Part shown: positions 41,346 through 52,690 of the stretch, piece after piece
How positions within the stretch are numbered: the first letter of the stretch is position 1
Layout of the letters: the number at the start of each line of letters is the position of its first letter
Assembly: GCA_965197745.1 (NCBI GenBank)
Contig: CBDANS010000007.1
Coordinates: forward strand, 1,952,001 to 2,016,000
Direction: 5' to 3'
Origin: Opitutales bacterium
GTDB taxonomy: Bacteria; Verrucomicrobiota; Verrucomicrobiia; Opitutales; PNEW01
DNA: 64,000 nucleotides
Made by a program: the position numbers and the translations under genes
The notes under the pieces: model-generated
What the model was told of the DNA's origin: nothing
The model's database searches: none
The model's input: the letters and a program-made list of their open reading frames with translations, nothing else

Positions 41346-41756
41346 ATGAAAAAGTCATTAATCATATTGGTCATAATCGTCGTTTTCGTCTGGTTGAAAA
41401 TTAAATCTGATAATATGGATGCGAATGAATTCTGGAATGATGCCATCACCCCGAAGAAAGATAACACTCTTAAGAATGCCAGAGAAAAATCAGTCCGTGA
41501 AGGATATGTAAAAGTCATTTTAAGAAATCATATCGGTATAAGCGCAACTGTAATTTTAAAAGGGAACGGTAAAGAGTATAAAAAGTCACTCGGCCCAACT
41601 GAAATTACCGTAATCGAAATTCCGCAAGGAGATTACACGGGATACTTTTATAATCACGACGATCGTTCAAACCATGTGAAAATATCGGGGCTGGGTAAAA
41701 CCAGTGATTATAAGGAAATGGAAATAAAACTGGTTATGCGCCTTCCGACACCGTAG
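41346..41756 (+). CDS. Hypothetical exported or membrane-anchored protein
   Basis: 136-aa AT-rich ORF with an N-terminal hydrophobic segment. Confidence 0.6.
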   Translation: MKKSLIILVIIVVFVWLKIKSDNMDANEFWNDAITPKKDNTLKNAREKSVREGYVKVILRNHIGISATVILKGNGKEYKKSLGPTEITVIEIPQGDYTGYFYNHDDRSNHVKISGLGKTSDYKEMEIKLVMRLPTP

Positions 41757-41758
41757 CT

Positions 41759-43021
41759 TTAAGGGCCAATAGTATCTATATCTATCCACGACATTAGGGC
41801 GTCCGGGATTTTAATCTTCCCATCTGCGCCAAGATTATTTTCAAGGATGGCCGCGATGACACGCGGGATCGCCAGTCCTGAACCATTGAGAGTGTGCACA
41901 AACCGTGTATCTCCACTTTGATCGCGGAAACGAATAGCAGCACGGCGGGCTTGGAAATCAGTAAAATTACTACAACTGGATACCTCCAGCCACCGTTTCT
42001 GTCCGGGTGCCCAGGCTTCTATGTCATATTGTTTGGTGTGTGGAAATCCTAACTCACCTGTGCACATAAGCAGAATGCGGTAGGGTATCTTTAATTTCGC
42101 GAGTAAGTTCGCTGCATGATCACGCAACTTTTCCAATTCCTCGAAACTGGTTTCCGGATGTGCCCATTTAACGAGTTCTACTTTATCAAACTGGTGAACG
42201 CGATTGAGACCTCTCACTTCCTTACCATAGCTGCCCGCTTCACGACGAAAACAAGGGGTATACGCACAGTGATAAATAGGGAGGCGATCTGAATTGATTA
42301 TTTCATCGCGATAAAAATTTGTTAAGGGGACTTCGGAAGTCGGAATGAGGTAAAATTCACCTCGTTCGGTCTGATACATAAGCCCCTCTTTATCGGGTAA
42401 CTGCCCGGTTGCAGTAGCACTGTCAGCATTGACGAGAAGGGGCGGTATCAACTCGACATAACCGGCTTTGTTCGCCTCATCGAGAAAAAAGCTGACCAGC
42501 GCCCTTGAAAGTTGCGCCATCTCTCCGTAAAAAAAAGGAAACCCGGCACCGGTAACTTTTACCCCACGCGCAAGATCGACATGTTGTTTAAACCAGGGAA
42601 TGTCGTAATGGGGTATGGCATGAGGAACAGTCTCCGATTCTCCCAAGGTTTTTACGACCTCATTGTCACCTTCGTTATCACCCTCAGGAACAGAATCGTG
42701 GGGCAGGTTGGGAATTGTCATCATAGCTTCCTGCCATGAAGATTCCGATTTCTGTTGTTGCGATTGCAGCTCTTTAACCTGGGTTGAAAGAATTTTAAGT
42801 TCTTTTACCTTTTCAATGAATTCAGGCGACCCTTTGTCCAGCTTGGCCATTTCGCTATTCGCTGCTTTTTGGCCGGCGCGCGTAATCTCCGCATCGGCGA
42901 TTATCTTACGACGCTTCTTATCAAGAGAGAGGATATTATCCAGGTCACATTCAAATTTTTTTTTGCGAACACCTTCACGAACTAGATCCGGATTCTCCCT
43001 TAGCAACTTAATATCGATCAT
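41759..43021 (-). CDS. serS: Serine--tRNA ligase
   Basis: LIPTSEVP, FRREAG, EVSSCSN and HTLNGSGLA motifs. Confidence 0.97.
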   Translation of the reverse strand: MIDIKLLRENPDLVREGVRKKKFECDLDNILSLDKKRRKIIADAEITRAGQKAANSEMAKLDKGSPEFIEKVKELKILSTQVKELQSQQQKSESSWQEAMMTIPNLPHDSVPEGDNEGDNEVVKTLGESETVPHAIPHYDIPWFKQHVDLARGVKVTGAGFPFFYGEMAQLSRALVSFFLDEANKAGYVELIPPLLVNADSATATGQLPDKEGLMYQTERGEFYLIPTSEVPLTNFYRDEIINSDRLPIYHCAYTPCFRREAGSYGKEVRGLNRVHQFDKVELVKWAHPETSFEELEKLRDHAANLLAKLKIPYRILLMCTGELGFPHTKQYDIEAWAPGQKRWLEVSSCSNFTDFQARRAAIRFRDQSGDTRFVHTLNGSGLAIPRVIAAILENNLGADGKIKIPDALMSWIDIDTIGP

Positions 43022-43101
43022 AGTTTATTCGAATAATAGCGTCTAATGATGAAGTCGAAATTGTATTCTACCCAAGGTCAAGGAAACTATAGAAATGCTC
43101 T

Positions 43102-44046
43102 TTATTGCCTCAGTGCTTTAAGAACGGTTTCACATACAACATTTACCCCTACCTTCTTCAAATTACCTTCAGGGGCTTGAACCAGATGGTGACCAGGATA
43201 GTCAAGGGGATAGGGCCCAAACCGCTCGGGTGGTGTTGGACCGTATAGCCCTACCAGGGGGATACCCAGAGCTGCGGCCAGATGAATAGGCCCGCTGTCA
43301 TTGGCAACGATGAGTGCTGCCTTGGAGATTAATAGAGCCAACTCGTCAATCCTGGTATCACCCCTGATGTTGTAACATCGATCATTTAAAACCGTCGTCG
43401 GTGTATCCCCTTTGGAAGACCCGCAAAATATTATAATCCTATCGTCTTTTTCTTTTAATAATACTTCCGCGAGCGAATTAAACCCGCCCCACTCTTTTTC
43501 GGCTCGTCGGCTTTCAGGAAATAAGAGAATAGGATTTTCTTCGAGCAACTTCTGAGGAATATTTATCATATTAATATTTTTAAATTGTAATTTCCCTTTT
43601 AACTGTGGCTCGCAATTTAGAAGGGGAAGAAATTGCAGAAGAATTTCAATGGCATGGGCGTTTCTACCTCCCACCGGTAAGGAAGCCTTTTTACTATAAG
43701 CAAAATGAGCAAATTCCCTTGCGTCGCTGCGACCGAGCTTATGTTTGGATCGCGAAAAATAAGTCATCAACCCTGACCGCGCTAGACCCTGGAGATCGAT
43801 CACTGCGTCATACTCACGACTCCGAATTTCTTTGAGGAGGCCGATAAATTTCCGCCAACCACCGTGCCGTTGATAAATAATAGTCTCGTCAACAGTACTG
43901 CAAATATTCACTAAAGGAGCGAATATGTCACGCACTACCCAACTTATGCGACACCCTGATACTTGTTCACGCAAACTTTGGACCACCTGTAGTCCATGCA
44001 CTATATCACCCATAGATGAGGGCTTTATGATTAGAATATCTGGCAT
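43102..44046 (-). CDS. LPS heptosyltransferase (GT9, WaaC-like)
   Basis: IKPSSMGDIVH, DLQGLARS and NDSGPIHLAAA motifs. Confidence 0.9.
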   Translation of the reverse strand: MPDILIIKPSSMGDIVHGLQVVQSLREQVSGCRISWVVRDIFAPLVNICSTVDETIIYQRHGGWRKFIGLLKEIRSREYDAVIDLQGLARSGLMTYFSRSKHKLGRSDAREFAHFAYSKKASLPVGGRNAHAIEILLQFLPLLNCEPQLKGKLQFKNINMINIPQKLLEENPILLFPESRRAEKEWGGFNSLAEVLLKEKDDRIIIFCGSSKGDTPTTVLNDRCYNIRGDTRIDELALLISKAALIVANDSGPIHLAAALGIPLVGLYGPTPPERFGPYPLDYPGHHLVQAPEGNLKKVGVNVVCETVLKALRQ

Positions 44047-44175
44047 CTGGAGTGTTTTCGTGCTAAAGAGCAGCTTTTATTATATGAATTGTGATCCGCG
44101 CTTGATATTATTAAATGACTGCGGAATCTAGAATAAACTCATCTTAACTCAATTGTCTTTTTCGAGTTAATTATA

Positions 44176-46077
44176 GTGTTTCTGCTTATTTTAAAAACTG
44201 TGGGCTGGATCCTGGCCTTCCTTCCGGAAGGTTTTGTCCGGATAATGTGCGCGTTCTTGGGAAACTTCTTTTTTTTTACCGCTTCCGGGAAGCGAAAAAT
44301 AATCCTCTCTAATCTCCACCATGCTTATCCCCATAAACCATCGTCATGGCACCGTAATATCGCCCTTGAGAGTTGCCGCAGGATGATTGAAATGGGGGCA
44401 TTTGCCCTCGCTTCTCCCTGGTTTGATGAAAAACGCGTAGCCAGAATATTAACCGTCCCGGAGGCGTCATTAACGATTTTGAATCAGGCAAAAGGATCTA
44501 TGCCGAGAGGTGTCGGCTATATCCCCCATTTCACATTGACTGAAAGTCTTATTATGATTTCTGTTGTCGTCCCCGGTCTTCCCTCCAGGGGCGCAATATT
44601 TCGGCCACTGGGGAATAAAACATTGGACGATTGGATTAAGAGAACCCGTGAACGGTTTGGTTTTAATTTATATTCACGGAAAAAAGGATTCCATCAGGCT
44701 TTACGATTAATCCGCGAAGGGGGATGGGTTAATGTCCTATTTGACCAGAATGCCGGGCTCAGCGGTGCGGTTATCACCTCATTTCAACGTGTTGCTTCAG
44801 CCACTATACTGCCGGGTCTGATGGCAAAAAAGCTGCAGGTACCCATGGCCGTTTTTTATGCTAAGCGGACCGCATTTTGGCGAGCACAGTTTCACGCTCA
44901 ACTTTTGACCTGCGATAAAGAACCCATAAACGCCACACTGGAAGCTAATGCCTGGCTGGAAAAATATTTAAGTAGCTCCGACGATGCCTGCGCCGACTGG
45001 CTATGGGTTCACGATCGTTGGAAAAATCAGGACATGCCGGCCAGGCGATTTGGCCTCACGCAGAAAAAAAACTGGCTTCAAAATAGCCTCAATTATTATG
45101 GCTGGTCATCCCTCCCACGAAAAACACGTTTCTGGGTACGAATGCCAAACTGGTTGGGGGATGTGATAATGGCATTGCCGCTCATTCGGGCATTAAGGAG
45201 AGGACGCCCAGACGCTGAAATTACCCTCGTTGTAAAAGCGGATTTCATTCCCTTGCTTAAAAAATTTAAAGTGGGAGACAAATTCATTGCCCTTCCTCTC
45301 AGAAAGGATCTCTATTTCTCATATTTCAAGTCACTGCGTAATTTTTACGCGGATACTTATATCCTTTTTACCAATTCTCTAAGGGGAGATCTCGAAGCGT
45401 ACCTGACCGGATGCCCGCAGCGTTTTGGCATGATTCGACGGGGGAAATGGCGCCCTTTTCTTACCCATGCCTGGAATATTCCTCAGGATATTGACGAAAC
45501 CCAACATCATCAGACACGTGTATGGGAAAAGTTTCTGCACAATTTTGGCCTGAATGAACAATTGGATTATACCCCCTTTGACGCAAAGCTAACTAATAGT
45601 GGTGATGATTTTAATGTCGGATTAATCTGCGGGACAGAAAACGAACCACAAAAACGCTGGCCCTTAAAATATTGGCGTGAGCTGGCAGAAAAATTACTTG
45701 GCGATTATCCCAAAGCAAAAATATATCTTTTTGGCACCGATCGCGACCGGCAGTTAACACAACCTTTAGCCGATGGATTATCTACGGACCGGATTACGGG
45801 TCTCGCTGGTAAGACAAATTTAATAGAACTTACGGATAAAATGCGGGAGTGCAGTCTAATCGTCTGTAACGATACCGGAGGCATGCACCTGGCAAATGCT
45901 CTCGGTGTATCGTTAATCGCTCTATTTGGCCCAACCAACCCCTTAAGGACAGGTCCCATTTATGACACGCCTTTTCACATCCAACAACCCCCAAACTGCC
46001 TGCCCACAGGGGGATCTCCGCTTGAAAAAATAGATCCTGCGCGTGTAATTTCTCTCGTTCACAGCACCCTGGATTGA
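44176..46077 (+). CDS. Fusion of lipid A acyltransferase (LpxL-like) and heptosyltransferase II (WaaF-like)
   Basis: N-terminal half HFTLTE, FDQNAG, WLWVHDRWK; C-terminal half RMPNWLGDVIM, KRWP, NDTGGMHLA, FGPT. Confidence 0.88.
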   Translation: MFLLILKTVGWILAFLPEGFVRIMCAFLGNFFFFTASGKRKIILSNLHHAYPHKPSSWHRNIALESCRRMIEMGAFALASPWFDEKRVARILTVPEASLTILNQAKGSMPRGVGYIPHFTLTESLIMISVVVPGLPSRGAIFRPLGNKTLDDWIKRTRERFGFNLYSRKKGFHQALRLIREGGWVNVLFDQNAGLSGAVITSFQRVASATILPGLMAKKLQVPMAVFYAKRTAFWRAQFHAQLLTCDKEPINATLEANAWLEKYLSSSDDACADWLWVHDRWKNQDMPARRFGLTQKKNWLQNSLNYYGWSSLPRKTRFWVRMPNWLGDVIMALPLIRALRRGRPDAEITLVVKADFIPLLKKFKVGDKFIALPLRKDLYFSYFKSLRNFYADTYILFTNSLRGDLEAYLTGCPQRFGMIRRGKWRPFLTHAWNIPQDIDETQHHQTRVWEKFLHNFGLNEQLDYTPFDAKLTNSGDDFNVGLICGTENEPQKRWPLKYWRELAEKLLGDYPKAKIYLFGTDRDRQLTQPLADGLSTDRITGLAGKTNLIELTDKMRECSLIVCNDTGGMHLANALGVSLIALFGPTNPLRTGPIYDTPFHIQQPPNCLPTGGSPLEKIDPARVISLVHSTLD

Positions 46078-46135
46078 TATTCCTTACCTTATTTTCATCT
46101 TAATATCTGAGCACCCTTCGAATATGCGTTAACCA

Positions 46136-46966
46136 ATGTCGGAGTCCATAAAAGGTAAAGAAGAAGTCATGATTCGATCATGCTTGCTATGCGGCGCAGA
46201 TAATCATACCTGCGCACCTGGACCTTATTCGCATGATACCTGGATGGTTAAGACCTGTCCGCAGTGCTCATTTACCTACCTTGAAAATGCACCTTTCTAC
46301 CAACTGCTGGATAAACAGTTAGCATGGGAGAGAACCTCCCATATGGAATCAGACCGACGGGTAATAGCCCGCCCCCGCGGAAGACGAATGAGCGAGTATA
46401 TGAAGCAATTTCGCAGACAGGTTTTGAAAAGAGATAAATTAGGCTCCTGGATAAAACAGTATATTCTTCCCGGAAATGTTCTGGATATTGGCTGCGGAAC
46501 CGGACACGTCTTGGAAATGTTGCCTGAATCATACCAACCTTATGGCATTGAAATTTCCGATCACCTTGCCCAAAGCGCCCGGAAAAGGTTAGCGAATCGC
46601 GGTGGTAACATCATTCACGACAACGCTATTGAAGGCGTAAAAATGTTTGCTCATGACTTTTTTACCGGAATTTTAATGAGCGCATTTTTGGAGCATGAAT
46701 CGAATCCCGCAGAGCTCCTTAAGGATTTATATCCTACCTTAAAAATGGGCGGCAGAGTAATCATCAAAGTCCCTAATTTTGCCTGCTGGAACCGCAGGGT
46801 TATGGGTAAACATTGGTGTGGGTTCAGATATCCTGACCATGTTAACTATTTCACCCCGTCGACGCTTAAACGTTTAGTCTTGGATACCGGATATCAAATT
46901 CTACGGTTTTATTTTTTGGATCGGTTTCCATTGAGTGATAATATGTGGATGCTTCTCCAAAAATAA
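46136..46966 (+). CDS. Class I SAM-dependent methyltransferase with N-terminal zinc-ribbon-like cysteines
   Basis: CLLC...CPQC, LDIGCGTG, LEH and VPN motifs. Confidence 0.85.
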   Translation: MSESIKGKEEVMIRSCLLCGADNHTCAPGPYSHDTWMVKTCPQCSFTYLENAPFYQLLDKQLAWERTSHMESDRRVIARPRGRRMSEYMKQFRRQVLKRDKLGSWIKQYILPGNVLDIGCGTGHVLEMLPESYQPYGIEISDHLAQSARKRLANRGGNIIHDNAIEGVKMFAHDFFTGILMSAFLEHESNPAELLKDLYPTLKMGGRVIIKVPNFACWNRRVMGKHWCGFRYPDHVNYFTPSTLKRLVLDTGYQILRFYFLDRFPLSDNMWMLLQK

Positions 46967-47104
46967 GAACCGCGGCCAAATCACAAATTCAAGAGCCCTT
47001 GAATGCCCGCTTAATCGCTCATCTAACAGGGGTTTGTCAGCTTTATAAATGCGTGACAATTAACTGATTCAGCAATTATAGTGTTTGCTTAAATTATTCG
47101 ATCA

Positions 47105-48823
47105 GTGAAAAAACTGCTTCCTTATTTCTCCTTACTTAAACCGGTAAAATGGCATTTTATAGGCGCGCTTATATGCGGGCTCATTTATGGAATATCCAGT
47201 GGTTTTGGCCTGCCATTTATGAGTCATAAAGTTTTTCCCCTTATCTTTGGCGATAATCCTCCCTCTGATAAGATGCTATTTTTCGCGGTTGCTTATCTTC
47301 CTGCTGTTTTCCTCATTCGTAATACGAGCGGATTTTTCAATGCTTACCTCATCGGTTACTGCGGAGTGAGTGTATTAGAAGCTATTCGACTGAAGGTATT
47401 CACCAAACTTCAATCGCTATCTCTGGATTTTTTTGAAAATCATAAACCCGGTGATCTTCTCAGCCGAACAATGATCGATACTAACCAGGTTCAAACAGCT
47501 GTCGTAGGCGTTTCAAACGATCTCATAAAACAACCGGTTACTTTTCTTGGCGCCATGGGTGCGCTTTTTTATCTTTCCATTCAAAACAGTCAACTGATCT
47601 TTATATTTTTCAGTCTAATGATTGTTCCCATTGTTGTTTTCCCCATCCGTTTTATCGGACGAAAACTTTATATGAAAGCATTGGCCATGCAGGAAGAAAT
47701 GGGATCAGTGACTGACCTCGTAAGCGAAAACTTAAGCGCGGTGCGTGAAGTGCGCGCATTTTCACTGGAGAACAGACAGATTGAATCTTTTTTAAAAACT
47801 ATCCGATCTTTGTTTAAAATGCAGCTCAAAGTAATCAAATATGCGAAGTCATTATCGCCTTCCATTGAATTCGTCAGTTCACTCGGTGTCGCCATCGCTA
47901 TTATTTATGCCGCTAAAATGCGCATCTCTTTGGAAGAGGTAATCGCTCTCATTTTCGCTCTCTATTTGTCTTATGATCCCATTAAAAACATTGGGGTAAT
48001 TAACAACGAATTAAAGAAGGGGCTGGCTTCATTAAGACGAATTGAAGATATCATTAATACTCCAGACACCGTTATCGATCGTCCCGGGGCTCAAATGATC
48101 GAAGCCATTACCGGACAGATTTCATTTGAAGTAGTCAATTTCAGCTATAGTGAAGAATTGGTTTTGCGAGACATCAGTTGTCAACTGGAGCCGGGAAAAG
48201 TCCACGCTTTAGTGGGGCCTAGTGGCGCCGGTAAAACAACATTCGCTAACCTTGTGCTCCGTCTTTACGATATAGAAAAAGGTTCTATTACCTTGGACGG
48301 GAAAGACTTGCGCGATATAAAAATAGCCGGTTTACGCAGGAATATCGCCCTGGTTCCGCAAGATCCCGTGTTATTTAATGATACCGTATATAATAATATC
48401 CTTCTTAGCCGACCCGACGCGGAAAAAGAAGAAGTGCATGAAGCGGCGAGAAAAGCTTACGCTCACCTCTTTATTGATTCATTTGAGCGCGGTTATGATA
48501 CCATTGTCGGGAGCCGTGGAACACGTCTGTCGGGAGGACAGAAGCAGCGCGTTGCCCTGGCCAGGGCTTTTCTTAAAGACGCCCCCATCCTTATCCTTGA
48601 TGAAGCGACATCTTCACTGGACACGGAGAGCGAAAATAAAATTCAGCAGGCACTCGAACAACTCGTGCGCGGAAAGACCGTTATTATTATTGCCCATCGA
48701 TTCAGCACAATTCAAATGGCAGACCGCATTCTGGTCTTTGATCAAGGTCAATTGATCGCCACCGGGAGCCACGATATTCTTATAAAAACTAACGATCTTT
48801 ATGCCAATCTATACGCCCGGTAA
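47105..48823 (+). CDS. msbA: Lipid A export ABC transporter, MsbA-like
   Basis: TMD plus NBD (GPSGAGKT, LSGGQ, ILDEATS); LPS gene context. Confidence 0.8.
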   Translation: MKKLLPYFSLLKPVKWHFIGALICGLIYGISSGFGLPFMSHKVFPLIFGDNPPSDKMLFFAVAYLPAVFLIRNTSGFFNAYLIGYCGVSVLEAIRLKVFTKLQSLSLDFFENHKPGDLLSRTMIDTNQVQTAVVGVSNDLIKQPVTFLGAMGALFYLSIQNSQLIFIFFSLMIVPIVVFPIRFIGRKLYMKALAMQEEMGSVTDLVSENLSAVREVRAFSLENRQIESFLKTIRSLFKMQLKVIKYAKSLSPSIEFVSSLGVAIAIIYAAKMRISLEEVIALIFALYLSYDPIKNIGVINNELKKGLASLRRIEDIINTPDTVIDRPGAQMIEAITGQISFEVVNFSYSEELVLRDISCQLEPGKVHALVGPSGAGKTTFANLVLRLYDIEKGSITLDGKDLRDIKIAGLRRNIALVPQDPVLFNDTVYNNILLSRPDAEKEEVHEAARKAYAHLFIDSFERGYDTIVGSRGTRLSGGQKQRVALARAFLKDAPILILDEATSSLDTESENKIQQALEQLVRGKTVIIIAHRFSTIQMADRILVFDQGQLIATGSHDILIKTNDLYANLYAR

Positions 48824-49297
48824 TATTAGAAAAATGTGCTCGGCAAAAATCAGATTGGGAGAATTATGATAAATAGGTAGGATTTCGATCACTCCCTTCG
48901 GTATAATCTCAATTCATATCGCTGCCGTATCTCAATCTGCTCCGCCTGAAGCCTGGCGCGTAAAGTTTGCCCTCCATATTTCAGATTAGTGTCCGGCAAG
49001 TCACTATTTGATCGGTCTTTGACTCCCATAAACCTTGTAACTTCAGCATCGGGAGTTATTTCCGTTGCGACCATCGAAGAAGAATTCACTCCGATGAAAT
49101 TATTCCAAGAGTGATCGGCCCCGGCGACAGGTTTTCAATAAAAAATAAAGCCATTAAATAATTTATCCAAAAATAAATTTATACTTCATGAAATTTTCTA
49201 TTTTTTTATGCCTCATAAAATAATATTACGCATAAAGTTTATTTGACAAGAAATTGTCAGGATAGTTTTCCAACTAGAATAATTAACCCTTAATAAT

Positions 49298-51279
49298 GTG
49301 AAGATTGTGTCTTTCACAAATTTGTTAGAATTCTTAATTGTCTCAATTTTATTTCCTGCTCTCCTCACTGCCATTCCTCAAGATCTGGAAGTGTTCACAG
49401 ATTTCGAGGACATCAGCGGCGATGGAGATTTTTTTATCGGACAGGAACCCAACAGGGTTAGGCTGGTTGGTTTCACGGTCGAGATCTTAGAGGATTCTGC
49501 ACTACTGCACTCCGGAACCAAAGCGATAACCCTAGGGCCCGGACAAGAAGGGAGGATTATCTCAGAAAGAGGAATTCAATTTATCGAATTCTATGCGGGT
49601 GAGAGCACGGGGGCTGGCAGAATAGAGCTCAGAGGTGTGCTCAATCTCATTGATTTTAATAAAGAATCCAATGTAGGAGAGGGAGCAGACCGTCAAGCGA
49701 TCACCCTCATTGGCGACGAAGGTGTTGTCGAAGGATTGCCAGCAGATATCCACCCCGATGCCAATCCCCCCCTCTATAGCTTTGTTGCCGACAGCGGTAT
49801 TTTTCTTGATGAAGATGATTTTAATTTCCTGGGAGGAATCACAGAAGTGAAGGTCTTGAATGTAACAGGAAAATTCTCCCTCGATGATCTGGGCTTCACC
49901 CTGACTGACTTCCCGTCAAATAACACAGTTTACAGCACGTTTAGCGAATTCGGAGTAGGGGAAGGAATGTCAGAGCCATTTGTTCTTGGGACCTCACCTC
50001 ATACGGCTTCTTTTCAAGGAGGGTTTATCATATTTGTAGGTTCTGGTAACGCCGAATATGTGCGATCGCAACCTCATTCTTATGCCGTATTTAATGGGGG
50101 AGAAGCAACCATCACCTTTGAAACACCCGCTTATGAAATTGATTTTTTTGGAGCCACGGTAGTGGCTGCAGGAAGCACTGATCCCGATGGCTCAATTGAA
50201 GTATATGATACAAACGATACCTTACGCGCAACTTTTAGGAATCTAGAAGGAGATATAAAAGCTGAGTTCAAACCCGACTTCATCACCATAAATGCAGATG
50301 ATATAGGAGCTCCGGGCGGCATCAGCAGGATAGTGATAAAGGACGATCCTAATATCAATCCAAGTTTCAGTCGTACTTCAGTCGACGATTTTGGTTTTAC
50401 TCCTATCGGTTTTCCGGGCACAGGGTCTGAGAGCCCCCTCTCCGTGCCTCTTGTCCTCAATGGATCAGGTCTCATTGCCGGAGAAAACATTCAACATCCT
50501 AACGGAAACATATTCGACCAGGTACTGCTCACAGGAGAATCTATTCAGCTTCAGGCAAAACCGGGGCAGATTACCCGTGTCTCCTTCATGGATGAAAACG
50601 AGGACATAGTGCAGGTAGAGTTTTCGGGTGCCGGCACCTTTACCGTAACCCTTGACCCGGCCACTTTCTTACCCTCGGCTCTCCCCCCGCGTTACAACCA
50701 GGAAGTGATGTATGTGACAGGCAAACCGAGTGTGGTCATCGAAGAAGCGGACTCGAGTACTTTTTTCAGCATCTTCACGGTGGGTAAAATCAACGCCGTA
50801 AACCAGGCACTGTTCCCCGAGGGACAAGTCTACGATGCCAAGGTGGACGCCACCCTGGTGCAGGTAATCAACTCCACAGGTATGGGGGGATGCAACTATC
50901 GAACACCGTCTTTAGCGGAAGCACCGGGGAGATAGGCGTGGATGCACGTGGAGTCGCGATCGCAGTACGACTAACGATAGGAGACATCGATGCCAGTGGC
51001 GATGCAGTACCACACCTTATATTCGAAGAGGGTTCCTTCACCGTACCTGCCGGCAACCCCGGGTTGAGAATCACGGGAGGAGATCTGGAACAATCTAATG
51101 GTGCTTCGATCGTAGTCGCGGAGAGCGGATCGACGACTCCAGGATTCGAGACCATAATTACCCAGAACAACTTCAAATCCGACAACACCCCTCAACCAAC
51201 ACAGATTATTGATGCAACATTCACCAATGAGGATAATGAGGTGATTTTTGTTTCGGTGGATCCAATAACCATCGAGTAA
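49298..51279 (+). pseudogene. Secreted acidic beta-rich surface protein split by a frameshift in a G6 run (50884-50889)
   Basis: Signal peptide; ORF 49298..50935 and ORF 50890..51279 join seamlessly (GMGG-MQLSN) if one base is added. Confidence 0.7.
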
Positions 51280-51414
51280 TCCTCTAAAGGGTTCCAGGTT
51301 ATACCCTGGCTAATCAAAACCCTCCGCGTTTCAGAGCAATCTATAATACTAAGCTCAACCTGGGTTGGTATTAAAATCTCCTTGCAGAAGAAATTTCCGT
51401 ATTACCCATACAAG

Positions 51415-52677
51415 CTAAATCCCGCTGAGACGCTGGATGATACCTATGATAGGTAAAAAAAGAGCAACTACGATAAACCCGATGACCAGCGCGAGAATGA
51501 TTATCATAAGTGGCTCGAAAATCGCAGTAAGACTAACCACTTTGCGGTCCACATCTTCATCGTAATTGTCAGCTATACGGTTCAACATCGCGGGGAGATC
51601 ACCTGTTTCCTCTCCCACCATTATCATTCCAGATACCACGGGCGGAAAAACGTTTACCTCTTCAAGTGCCACCGCGATGCTCTCGCCATCAAGCACACAG
51701 TCATGAACATAATCGAGAGAGTCTCTGATGAATTGATTCTTAATAACACTGCTGGTAAGAGTAAATGATTCGATAAGCGGGACCCCGCTGGAAAGAAGGG
51801 TTCCCAATGTCCGGGAAAATCGAGCAATAGTAATTTTACACAATAGATCGCCAATATAAGGCACCCTGAGACTGAACATATCGATAAAACGAGCGATAGA
51901 ATGAAACGTGATGATAACCTTTATCGCTATCATCACCGTGGCAATAATTACTGATATCAATACAAAATAATTCTGAAAACAGCTACTCATGTCGATCACG
52001 AATTGAGTGGGCGCCGGTAGTGGCGCGCCGTTTAACAGTTCCTGGTATATACTTCGAAATCTTGGAACAATAAAACCGATGAGCAAAGTCACAATGAGAG
52101 TAGCTATTGTTAATACGATCACAGGGTAGATCATGACGGTAATTGCCGCATGCTTGAATCTTCGACTTTTTTCCATAAAAAGTGAAAGCTGCATGAGGAC
52201 TTTATCCATAGCACCTCCAGCTTCACCTGCTTTTATCATATTAAGAAACAGGTTATCGAATATTTTAGGATAATGCGCCATACTCTCCGCAAGGGTAGAA
52301 CCCGAACGAATGTATTCGGCGAGCTCCCCAATTGTAGTACGCAACGCACCATTACTTTCCTGTTTATATATCAATTCCAAACTGCGTAACAACGGCACCT
52401 TAGCTTGAAGGAGCGTGGCAAGCTGTCTTGTGAAGACACTCATATCTTCACGACATACCGAATTGCCGTAGATCATTCCTCTTTTTTGTCGCTTTTTTAT
52501 TCGTTTGTTGAATTCACATGTCTCTTCTCCATCACTCTTTTTTGCAGGAGTAACACTCGTGGGAATCAGATCCATACTGGAGACTCTGCTTCGAGCTTCA
52601 TTTTGTGAAGATGCTTCTAATCTTCCCGAAAGATACTTCCCCTGCTCGTCTATCGCACTGTAAATATACCTGGTCAT
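51415..52677 (-). CDS. pilC: Type IV pilus/T2SS platform protein PilC/GspF
   Basis: FTRQLATLL, AGEAGG, YP, FSRTLGTLLSSGVP, GEETGDL and FEP motifs. Confidence 0.92.
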   Translation of the reverse strand: MTRYIYSAIDEQGKYLSGRLEASSQNEARSRVSSMDLIPTSVTPAKKSDGEETCEFNKRIKKRQKRGMIYGNSVCREDMSVFTRQLATLLQAKVPLLRSLELIYKQESNGALRTTIGELAEYIRSGSTLAESMAHYPKIFDNLFLNMIKAGEAGGAMDKVLMQLSLFMEKSRRFKHAAITVMIYPVIVLTIATLIVTLLIGFIVPRFRSIYQELLNGAPLPAPTQFVIDMSSCFQNYFVLISVIIATVMIAIKVIITFHSIARFIDMFSLRVPYIGDLLCKITIARFSRTLGTLLSSGVPLIESFTLTSSVIKNQFIRDSLDYVHDCVLDGESIAVALEEVNVFPPVVSGMIMVGEETGDLPAMLNRIADNYDEDVDRKVVSLTAIFEPLMIIILALVIGFIVVALFLPIIGIIQRLSGI

Positions 52678-52690
52678 GCGATAGAAGTAT

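Noticed and set aside
48889..49089. 66-aa ORF downstream of msbA
   Set aside because: Short, no recognisable motif, weak start; may be a remnant but cannot be supported.
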